From Trichomonas gallinae (Eukaryota), in the NCBI GenBank assembly GCA_008369845.1, contig MRSU01003035.1:1-52755 (forward strand): a DNA stretch of 52,755 bases. Direction: 5' to 3'. Under the pieces are notes generated by a model. It was not told where the DNA came from, did no database searches, and saw nothing but the letters and a program-made list of their open reading frames with translations. Below are positions 30,695 through 39,517 of the stretch, piece after piece; the first letter of the stretch is position 1, and the number at the start of each line of letters is the position of its first letter. A program made the position numbers and the translations under genes.

Positions 30695-31236
30695 TTTCTC
30701 CGAAAATATTACGGCATAACAAGGTTGAGTAAAAAATGTTTATTGATAGCATGCTGCTACTGCTTAGTATTTCATCCTCTGCAATACTCATCTAAAAGTA
30801 CCTATCCCTGAATAGGTTTCAACTTGCAAGGACTTTTTATATTATTTACAATTTTTTATCTGAACTTTGGATGCCAAATATCTTTTATTCTTTATGCTTC
30901 CTAAGCCAATGAATTATTATAATGTGATAACGAAAAATTATATTTCATTTTTTTATTTTAGAGTTGAGCTTAAATCTTATATGAAAACATCGTTAATTTT
31001 TGTCATATATTGATAATCTATAATGATTTAACGCAGATTTATGATTTCAATTCTGAATAATAAATAATGAAGCATAAGTACATAATATTATTGGAATTAT
31101 ATGTTATACATATAGTTTTAGCTGCAATAATTCTGTTGTAATTGCTTTAAAATGAAGATTTTGCTATGTTTTAGATTTTTTTAGTTTGTTTTTGACGTTT
31201 TGACGCTTTACAAAATTTATATTATAAATCAGTACG

Positions 31237-31521
31237 ATGATTGGATTAGTACGGTTTAATTTCTAACAAGCAGTGGTCTCTCATCTACGGCATTATTCTC
31301 ATCACTAATGCTGTCTGCATTTTAAACCAGGAAAGATTCTTAATGACATGTTCAGTTTTATTTTCTAACAAACAGTTGGTTTGAACTATTCTCCAGAAAC
31401 AACAGATGCTTCTCTTAAGGGAAGAATCGCGCTCATGATTTACAAATTCCAAAGCGTTTGCAAGTTCCCATTAATCATCTTAAACTCCTACATAATTGTC
31501 TACGACTTCTTATTCGGTTAA
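31237..31521 (+). CDS. YOS1: Yos1/IER3IP1-like ER-Golgi membrane protein, 77 aa; exons 31237-31248, 31274-31349, 31376-31521
   Basis: Spliced product MIGLWSLIYGIILITNAVCILNQERFLMTFGLNYSPETTDASLKGRIALMIYKFQSVCKFPLIILNSYIIVYDFLFG* has the Yos1 signatures NAxxILNxERFL and PLIxxN...LxG-end. Confidence 0.88.
31249..31273 (+). other. Spliceosomal intron 1, 25 nt
   Basis: GTACGGTTTAATTTCTAACAAGCAG: GT...TCTAAC(N3)CAG; its removal puts ATG 31237 in frame. Confidence 0.8.
31350..31375 (+). other. Spliceosomal intron 2, 26 nt
   Basis: GTTCAGTTTTATTTTCTAACAAACAG; its removal joins the two Yos1-like halves in frame. Confidence 0.88.
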
Positions 31522-31862
31522 ATGGAAAGTTTTGTACTATATATGACTAAAATGTTACATTTTGATCTTCATATCCAAATATCATTTTTCTATTCAGTGC
31601 TTAAAAAACTCAAAATCTGAAAAGAATTATAAGTTTACTGATAATTTCAATGATTTTAGGCAAAAGAATGGCTTTTTTTGAAAAATATTTTAAACTTAAT
31701 AATAATTTGATGATTTATTCCATGAAAACTAAGGATTATGATAGTTGCGATGAGTAATAATGATATGACGCATAATTAAAGATTGATTTGTGATATTATA
31801 ATTTTTGTCAATATATATTTTACATGGCAAAAATATAAATTTGAAAATGTGTACGTTTATAA

Positions 31863-32585
31863 ATGCAGCAAGCGATTCGTGTATTTGAGGAAAATGCAAA
31901 GCAAGCATCATGTTCTCTGGAAGAAATTGAAGCTAGAGCTAGCTCAGAATTCCCTTCTGCTGCTCCAATATTAAAATTATGCCAAAGATTACGAGAAGCC
32001 AAAATTCGATATCAAATTTTATTTGAAAACATCAGTAAAATACAAGATGCTAATGAAAACCTTCAAAAATGCATTGCAAGTGATCTGATGCCAACTGCAA
32101 AACAAGTTAAAGCAGCTTGTGCACATGAAGGAGTACAAGTTCCTTCAATAATTCCAGAACAAGTCACAAAACAAGCAATATTAAAAGCTGCAACACCAGC
32201 ACCAACACCAACAACAACGACACAGGCGGCAGCAGCAACAACAACTACAACTACAAAGTCGAAGTTACCACAACCGAGAAAATCAAGGAAATCTGAGCCT
32301 GCAAAGCCGCAACATGAATATATTGAGATTACAGATGATGAATTTAACGCTATACCTGATTATCTCAGAAGATCAGTTAAAATTGATGAACTTCGCCAAG
32401 TACATCAATTCATTTTCAATTTCTTCTACGGATCAGCAAGAGAAGAAGAATCTATGCCAAGAAAAGAGTTTCTCAATATTGAAAATAGTGCAATCAAAAG
32501 GAAAATAGAATCAGTGTTGAAATGCTTGAAATACATAAAGAAGATCCAAATGGATAGGTCCAATAACGTTATCCAATGTGTATAA
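31863..32585 (+). CDS. Spindle and kinetochore-associated (SKA2-like) protein
   Basis: N-terminal FEENAKQASCSLEEIEAR...PILKLCQRLREAKIRYQIL resembles the Ska2 coiled coil; C-terminal ITDDEFNAIPDYLR resembles the Ska1-type winged helix; Thr/Ala/Pro linker between them. Confidence 0.6.
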   Translation: MQQAIRVFEENAKQASCSLEEIEARASSEFPSAAPILKLCQRLREAKIRYQILFENISKIQDANENLQKCIASDLMPTAKQVKAACAHEGVQVPSIIPEQVTKQAILKAATPAPTPTTTTQAAAATTTTTTKSKLPQPRKSRKSEPAKPQHEYIEITDDEFNAIPDYLRRSVKIDELRQVHQFIFNFFYGSAREEESMPRKEFLNIENSAIKRKIESVLKCLKYIKKIQMDRSNNVIQCV

Positions 32586-32944
32586 ACTAAGTTGTTTTTT
32601 GTTGTTCGATAAATTATTTTGTTTCTTGATGTCTATCAATCTAATGATATGTAAATGTTTTATTTGCTACTATAGAAGTAAAATGGCATATAAATGCATT
32701 AAAGATTATATTAATATTCAGCTGAATTTAAAATTATTGTGATTTTGTGTAAGAAATGCAGTAACCAATTTCTTTATACTGTTGTAAATTAAGGTATTAA
32801 TTGTGTAGCTACAAATTCGATATCAATTATCCAAATAAAGCAAAATAGTTTGAAAATGAACAATTTTGAATGAAAATGAAAGTATATTTGAAAGATAAAA
32901 TCATGATGCGACGTGGTCGGCCAAAATAATAATAGAATTTTTCG

Positions 32945-34315
32945 ATGTATGATGAATATAAAGACCTTTATGAGAGTTCTATAATTCAAACAGATCCATT
33001 AGAGCTAAAAATAGAAAAGGACTTCCATAATGATGAAAATTCTGATATATCTCAAGAATTCGGAGCAAATTTTATTTCAATCTACGAAAAATTCATGGAA
33101 TCACCAACATTTCTTGGACTATCCGCTATAAATGACCAAATATATGCTAACTATCAATATGAATACGAAAATATTCTTCAAAAACCGTATATTATTGAAA
33201 CATTAAATTTATTTACTCCAGAAACGTCGATAGATGATGCAGCTGTAATAGTAGATAACATTTCATTCCTTTGTGAGCTCCCAAAATCAGCTTTTATAAT
33301 TCGATTTTCTGATAATGGAGCGATACCTATTTTAAAAGTTATTTGGAATAAGTATGAGGACCTTATTCCTAAAGTTATTACGTGTTTTGCGATCTTAATT
33401 ACAAACACATACAGTAATTACAGCGAAGAAATTCTCAAATTTGCTTTTAAGCCAATAATATCTAATATTATGAATCCTGTATTAGCAGAAGTGACCAGAA
33501 GTTCAATGTTATTCGTATTTTCTTTATGTAAATATATCGATCTTAATGATAAGCGAAGACACAAGGTTAAAGATGCAATTATTACAGCTTTACAGTTTGA
33601 TGATGACTCTTTGTACATCGCATTGTGGAGTATTCATTACTATATTATCAATTATGTTTCAGAGATTTCAGAATTCGCTGGAAACCGTGTTAACATGGTT
33701 CTATTAACCATCCTTCCTCATAGAGATCAAAATATTACTTTAATAGTATTAGAAATCTACAAACAATTAATAGGAAGACCAGATACCCAATATTTCACTT
33801 TCCCGGCCTTCCAAGTCTTTAACAGACTCATTGAACTAACAATGATCGATTCTCTCGATGTTTCGATAAAATCTCTTAGTGTAATCGAAACTGCAATTAA
33901 AAACTTTCCATCTGCCCCTGAACACTTTCTAATGAATGGTTTGATGGATTGTTTATCGAATATAATAGAAGAATCAGATTTCCAAAAGAAGTCTGTTGCT
34001 TTCATTGTTTTCACGCGTCTTCTCACATTCGCTATACCAGAATCGTGTAAAGATATGCTCAATGATGAGAGAGTTATGAGTTTTGTTTCGTTTATTGAAA
34101 GTAGCGATGGAAAATTCTTAAAGGAATTCGCAATTAGCGTGGGAAATGCTTTAAAGAAATGTGATGCAAATGGTTTGATGCAGGAAGCAAGACAAACACT
34201 CCTTAAAAATGATATTGTAGCAGCTTTAAACGATATTCTTGATTCAGTTGATGATGATGAACTAGAAAGATATGGAGAAGCCTTAATAGATCAAATAGAG
34301 TTATTAAACGAATAA
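32945..34315 (+). CDS. ARM/HEAT-repeat hypothetical protein, 456 aa
   Basis: Helical repeats such as FSDNGAIPIL, IALWSIHY, FLMNGLMDCLSNIIEESDFQKK. Confidence 0.75.
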   Translation: MYDEYKDLYESSIIQTDPLELKIEKDFHNDENSDISQEFGANFISIYEKFMESPTFLGLSAINDQIYANYQYEYENILQKPYIIETLNLFTPETSIDDAAVIVDNISFLCELPKSAFIIRFSDNGAIPILKVIWNKYEDLIPKVITCFAILITNTYSNYSEEILKFAFKPIISNIMNPVLAEVTRSSMLFVFSLCKYIDLNDKRRHKVKDAIITALQFDDDSLYIALWSIHYYIINYVSEISEFAGNRVNMVLLTILPHRDQNITLIVLEIYKQLIGRPDTQYFTFPAFQVFNRLIELTMIDSLDVSIKSLSVIETAIKNFPSAPEHFLMNGLMDCLSNIIEESDFQKKSVAFIVFTRLLTFAIPESCKDMLNDERVMSFVSFIESSDGKFLKEFAISVGNALKKCDANGLMQEARQTLLKNDIVAALNDILDSVDDDELERYGEALIDQIELLNE

Positions 34316-34631
34316 ATATCTATCCAATATATATATTTGCAATAAAATATTTTAATATAGCAAAACCTAAGTGATTTGATTATAGAAAACACACTTATAT
34401 TAGCTACAATTATAAAATTTATCATAAAAATGAGACTTAACCTTATAAAATTATATCAAAAAATTTATTTCCAAAAAAATAAAGCATTTGATTATGTCAT
34501 TGATATCTTTTCGTAGTTTTTTACATTGTAATCGATGTATTGCAGTTTCTTATTGAATAAAAGGATAAAATGAAAAAATTATTTTGTGTTACAAGGCTAT
34601 AAGTGATATAAAGTGTTGTTTTTATTGCAAT

Positions 34632-35636
34632 TTAGTGTGCTGTTGTGAATTGCTTGGCGATTTCTGCGAATTCCTTTGTATCATCTTCAGCTAAGGCTGC
34701 TCTTACTGGTGTTGCATAACCAATGAATAATGAAGCGAGTGTTTGCTTAAGTGTCTTCTTTTCTAATGTTGGGAAGTCCTTAGCAAAATCATCTGTGCCA
34801 AATTCGTATTTCTTTCCATTAAATTCGAAAGAGCCATCTGTTGGGATAACAATATTGTTAACATATTCGAACACTGGGTTATCCTTAATATCATCTGTGC
34901 AGAAAGCAGCATTAAACTTATTTCCGAGTGTTTGGTCATCATCCTCGAAGAAGACTGTGTTCTTTGGATCTGGCTTCGGTGGATTTGACTTGACGCCCTT
35001 GAGCTTCATGATCTGGCGGATTGGGATGACAACTGGGGCCTCCTGGTTCTTAACTTGAGCAACACGCTCGAGAAGCTGGTAACGCTCCTCAGAAACGACA
35101 ATAACATCAGCGCTAAGCTCGCAGAGTTCAATTAAGTGGAGCATTGGAGCAATAACTGATGATGCTGTGAGTGTTTCGCGCTCCTTCTTGCCCATTGGTG
35201 GAAGGGCCTTCTGTACATCAGAAGCATTGATGTGTGTTGTGATCTCAGCGAATTTTGAGAATAATGTGAAGTTATCGATTGTATATTCATCAGAAATGAT
35301 GTACTGGACGTGCGGACCGTTGACTCCAGAAGCCTTGAGGGCCTTAATGGCGTACATTGAGGCAGCCTTAAGTTGTGCCTTGTCACGACCGAATGCGTGG
35401 TTCAAAGAAGCAACGACATCAGCGACGAAAACGATGTACTTGCCTCCAAGCTGACCAACGAGCTTGGAAACCATGACAAACTGCTGAACCTGGGCGATGT
35501 TAATACGACCATTCGGCTCAAAAGGCTGAACAACTGTGAATTCGGTCTTTCCAGCAAGCTTAGCCTTAAGGCTCTCGACAATGTCCTTGTTTGTGGAAAC
35601 AGACAAGAGACGTGTAGCAACTTGATTTGCGTCCAT
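34632..35636 (-). CDS. Tyrosyl-tRNA synthetase-like protein with degenerate catalytic motifs
   Basis: FEPNGRINIAQ, FVADVVASLN, MGKKE, DPKNTVFFEDD, AFC and DNPVFEY align with HIAQ-type eukaryotic TyrRS; HIAQ->NIAQ, KMSKS->NPPKP, YPxMQxxD->APMLHLIE. Confidence 0.8.
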   Translation of the reverse strand: MDANQVATRLLSVSTNKDIVESLKAKLAGKTEFTVVQPFEPNGRINIAQVQQFVMVSKLVGQLGGKYIVFVADVVASLNHAFGRDKAQLKAASMYAIKALKASGVNGPHVQYIISDEYTIDNFTLFSKFAEITTHINASDVQKALPPMGKKERETLTASSVIAPMLHLIELCELSADVIVVSEERYQLLERVAQVKNQEAPVVIPIRQIMKLKGVKSNPPKPDPKNTVFFEDDDQTLGNKFNAAFCTDDIKDNPVFEYVNNIVIPTDGSFEFNGKKYEFGTDDFAKDFPTLEKKTLKQTLASLFIGYATPVRAALAEDDTKEFAEIAKQFTTAH

Positions 35637-35719
35637 CTAAAAAAATTTTAGGGTTTTGTAAACTAAACAAATAAATTGAAAACAAAGCTTGTCATTAATA
35701 AGGTTATTTCTCTTTTGTG

Positions 35720-36476
35720 AAAAGTGGCAGGTTTACATGTCGGATTTGATGTGTAAAGTGTCCAAAAGTGACGTTTAATGAAGATTTCATCTTTTTTTAG
35801 ACACTGGTAAGAGAGTGTGCCACTTGTCTTCAGCAGAGTGTCTTGTTACATCATGACGCTCTGCTGCAGACAAGTGGCATCAATTTCTGTTGATCTCGCT
35901 CGAATTCTAAATTCATCGATGTTTAGATCTCGAGCGAGATCAACAGAAGGCGCCATATCTGACGCTGGCACAATCTTCCAATATTTCTTCAAACTCTTTA
36001 TCTCCAAAATTTAGTATTTCACATGCAGTATCAAAATCTTTTGAAAAATGACAGAAATGGATGCACCCCCTGTCTAATGTCACTTTTGGACACTTTACGT
36101 GTCATATCTGATATGTAAACCCTTCACTTTTTCGTTCCGAATTTCGGAACAGAACACGTCTTTTAAAGCAAGCGAGGCTTTCAACAAGATGTCATTATCA
36201 TGGAGTTTTTGTGATTGTCGCAGTTGCTCCAAACTTCACATTTGTTGAAAGCTTTGCATGCTTGGCACAAGTCCTGTGCACCAAAACATACCTGAAACAT
36301 TAATATTAGGTGTGTTTTGGTGCATAGGATGCTTGCAAATCGATCCAAAACGAAATCGGCTAGTTTAATACAATTTCGATTTCGTCCTGGACCGGCAGAA
36401 ACTAGCTGCGACAGTTCCATAGACGCCATGAGGAGCCATCCTGATGTTGTTTTTGTGACTGCAGCAACTATTTTTT
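35720..36476 (+). ncRNA. Candidate large structured non-coding RNA (identity unknown)
   Basis: Helices 35720-35775/36076-36131 (56 positions), 35818-35879, 35885-35948, 36198-36226/36403-36431, 36272-36329 and 36341-36394; non-Watson-Crick positions are mostly G-U on the + strand; no credible ORF. Confidence 0.6.
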
Positions 36477-36716
36477 CCCAAATGTCACTTTTTTAAATTG
36501 AGACCCCACCCCTCTTATAATTAAGTCCAGTTTACATGGGAAATTGACCAAAATTTTGACATGTAAAGCGTCATTTTTTGTTTGACGGAATATTATACGC
36601 TACAATTGCATGCGGATTTTCAATCGTAAAATAGTCCAATTATTGTTTTTTATTTTTTTTTTTTTTTCGACGTATAAAATATATTTACATGTCATTTTAA
36701 TTTTTAAACGGCTATA

Positions 36717-37820
36717 ATGTTAAATCCAGCATTTTCTCAGCTTTATGCTGTTGAAAATGATAAAGTCACAGATGACCTTACTAAATGGAGGCAGTTTTGT
36801 TATGCTCAAATAGTGAGGATCCAAGATATCAAGTACAAAACAAAAATGCATTCATCTTATCGAAATCAGATGATTGATCCATTAAAAGCTAAATATGATG
36901 AACTATTAGATGTGCTAAAGACTAAGGACTCTGAACTATCGGAAATTACTAATAAATTAAAATCAACGCGTGAAAATAAGGAAAAACTAAGCGAGAAATT
37001 GGATAATGCCACAACCAAAAAGTTTGATATACAGAGAAAGAAGAAATTCTATGACCAATTCCCTGAGCAATTTCGTCTAAAGATGAATAACGCAAATCAA
37101 TTCTTAGAATTCGATATTAAAGATATTTTCGCTCGTTCACATAAGGAGCTTGACAAGGTACAAGCAAAGATCGATAGGCTCATTAACCGAGTTAATTCTT
37201 ACACGCAGTTCGATACTACAATCGAAATTCCTGAAACAAGGAAATATGAAGAGAAAAAGGCTGCATTAGAAGAATTTGCGACTGAACTGGCCATATCTTT
37301 CAACCAACTGCAATTTCCTGAGTGTAAGGTTGAAATATTGCCATTATTGCAAAAATATCAAGACGTCAGGCTAGTAGAGAAGGATTTAGATACTGCTATA
37401 CGTGAAAATGATAAAATTGAGCAAGCAATTCAATCAGCTTCTCTTGAAAGCTATGAGATTAATATTCAAACGCTTCAGACGCAAATTTCACAAGAAGCAC
37501 AACGCCAAAAGCTAGAACTTGAAAGCTTGAAGTCACAATATGATTTATCAGATTTGCAAACTGAAATTGATCAATGTAATTTAACAAATTCAGATCTCGA
37601 GCACAAAATCGACGAAGAAAGAAAGAACATGAATATATTGTTGAAGCAAAAGCAAGAAGTCTTAGAAAAAGCCAATGAAGAAGCAGCAAAAAATGATGAA
37701 ATAATTCAGCAGCTAACTAAAGAATATAATTCACTTGCTCCTCTTATTCCAAAGCATTCTCATGATACAAAAGATGAGCAAGTCAATACCATCTATAATG
37801 GACCTTGGTTTAATTTTTAG
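36717..37820 (+). CDS. Coiled-coil hypothetical protein, 367 aa
   Basis: E/K/Q/L-rich heptad pattern; TCATTTT upstream. Confidence 0.8.
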   Translation: MLNPAFSQLYAVENDKVTDDLTKWRQFCYAQIVRIQDIKYKTKMHSSYRNQMIDPLKAKYDELLDVLKTKDSELSEITNKLKSTRENKEKLSEKLDNATTKKFDIQRKKKFYDQFPEQFRLKMNNANQFLEFDIKDIFARSHKELDKVQAKIDRLINRVNSYTQFDTTIEIPETRKYEEKKAALEEFATELAISFNQLQFPECKVEILPLLQKYQDVRLVEKDLDTAIRENDKIEQAIQSASLESYEINIQTLQTQISQEAQRQKLELESLKSQYDLSDLQTEIDQCNLTNSDLEHKIDEERKNMNILLKQKQEVLEKANEEAAKNDEIIQQLTKEYNSLAPLIPKHSHDTKDEQVNTIYNGPWFNF

Positions 37821-37938
37821 AATTTAAAAAAATGTTTGTATTTTTGTTTTAATTACAATAATATAGATTGGCTATAGGCAAACATTTGATATTAATATAT
37901 AACATAATTCTATCTTTAAAACAAACAAAATAAATAAA

Positions 37939-39087
37939 TTATTTTCGAGAAACTCTTCCAGATTTTCCTTTCTTCTTCTTGGTAGCTTTGGGTGCTGTCT
38001 TCAGGAACCTCCTAATTTCAAGTTGAAGCCTCACAGATGAAGAAATCATATCTTGATATAATTTATTAGCTGCAAGTAACTTTGTGCTCTGTATTCTTTC
38101 ATCTGTTTGCATGGGTTCCCTCTTTTTCATGATTTCTTCAACTTCTTTCGACAAAACTAATAAATCGGCTTCAATTTCTTCTGCTTTCATCTTAGATATC
38201 CTATTCTGCTCAAGCAAACTTTGCATCTCCGTGTCATACTTTTGTATCAGCGTCTGCACAGCCTCCTCTTCCTTTCTAAGGCCGCGCCTCATCTTTCCTT
38301 CGTCTTCTGTATTAGTTTTTTGCGTTTTTCCTGCTTCTTCTTTGGTTCCTCCAAGTTCTATCCTTATTGCTTCCTCGGAATTCTTTTCGTCTTCTAGTGG
38401 TGTCTCGTCTATTGTCAGGGAGTTCTCAGTTGCCTTCGCCTGCATCAATAATTGACGAATTGCATCAAATTCTTCTTCTTTTTCGCGAACTAATGCATCC
38501 CTTTCTCTGCTTGTCTTAGAATCTCTGATTTTGAGCTGATCTATCTGCTCTTTATTCGTCCTTTTGCGGAGTTTTATATCATTTACTAATCTATTTTGTT
38601 TTTCTTCGATTTCTACTGGAGTTGAGAATCTAAGAACTTCCATAGAGTTCAAGTCTTTGAACATTGATGTGATTTTGACTGTAGCACCGCCGCTACTCGT
38701 TGACTGGGCAAGAAGCGGAGCAAAATAATCTGAATGGATTCGCAAAACGCGGATCAAGCCACGTGATGATTCTTTGTATATCTCCCTCAGTTCTTCGAAG
38801 TCCTGTTGGTAGCCTGGTTTTGGCTCTCCGTCTGCAGTCATAACAGAAAGCAGGGCTCTTTGATTTGTGAGGAATTCATCGTGTGCCTCTTGTACTTCTG
38901 GCGCGATATCGGATTTCCCTTCGAGAAAATCTTCAAGAGAAGACAGAATTAGAGAAAAATCGACCCTTGAAGCTGTATCCTGTAGTACTGCAAGAATTCT
39001 CCTTGACTCGATAGATGATATTCTAGCACCTGCATCATTCGATGGACTTTTCGGCTTTGTTGATAGGGCAGAAGCTCTAGAAGTCAT
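37939..39087 (-). CDS. IQCD/DRC10-like dynein regulatory complex subunit
   Basis: SIESRRILAVLQDT N-terminal motif, long coiled coil (IQKYDTEM), degenerate IQ region and basic tail KKKKGKSG; Inr TCACTTT at 39090-39096. Confidence 0.65.
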   Translation of the reverse strand: MTSRASALSTKPKSPSNDAGARISSIESRRILAVLQDTASRVDFSLILSSLEDFLEGKSDIAPEVQEAHDEFLTNQRALLSVMTADGEPKPGYQQDFEELREIYKESSRGLIRVLRIHSDYFAPLLAQSTSSGGATVKITSMFKDLNSMEVLRFSTPVEIEEKQNRLVNDIKLRKRTNKEQIDQLKIRDSKTSRERDALVREKEEEFDAIRQLLMQAKATENSLTIDETPLEDEKNSEEAIRIELGGTKEEAGKTQKTNTEDEGKMRRGLRKEEEAVQTLIQKYDTEMQSLLEQNRISKMKAEEIEADLLVLSKEVEEIMKKREPMQTDERIQSTKLLAANKLYQDMISSSVRLQLEIRRFLKTAPKATKKKKGKSGRVSRK

Positions 39088-39517
39088 TGAAAGTGACGTT
39101 TTTTATAATTTTATAACTTTACTTGTCAAATATTATATTTACATGACAAAAATGAGCTTATTTGTCAAAAATCAATTGACAAAACAACAAATTTACGTGT
39201 CATACATATAATTCTAATTTACATGACAAAAAAATTTTTATTTGTCAAAAATTAATCTTTTTGGTTCTAAGTTAACCTGAATGATATCTGAATTAGTTTC
39301 CTCTGAAATTCATTCAATAGTCCATATGTATTAATTATTATTCTGCAATATACTCATTTTAGGATAAAAATAAAGTTATAAACATATTTACATATTTTAA
39401 TATAAAGATACTTGTGTATTATATGATTCTATTTTTAACACGCATTATCCTAAAATTCAGGAGTTATTTATTATCAAATATGAAATAAATATAATTAACA
39501 AAAACATTGTATAGTAT

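Noticed and set aside
35720..36131. Simple MITE with 56-nt terminal inverted repeats
   Set aside because: No clear target-site duplication; differences between arms are 7 G-U versus 1 A-C; structured sequence continues beyond the right arm. Not fully excluded
35817..36429. 65-aa (+) and 82-aa (-) ORFs
   Set aside because: No protein features; open frames are expected in this GC-richer, self-complementary sequence
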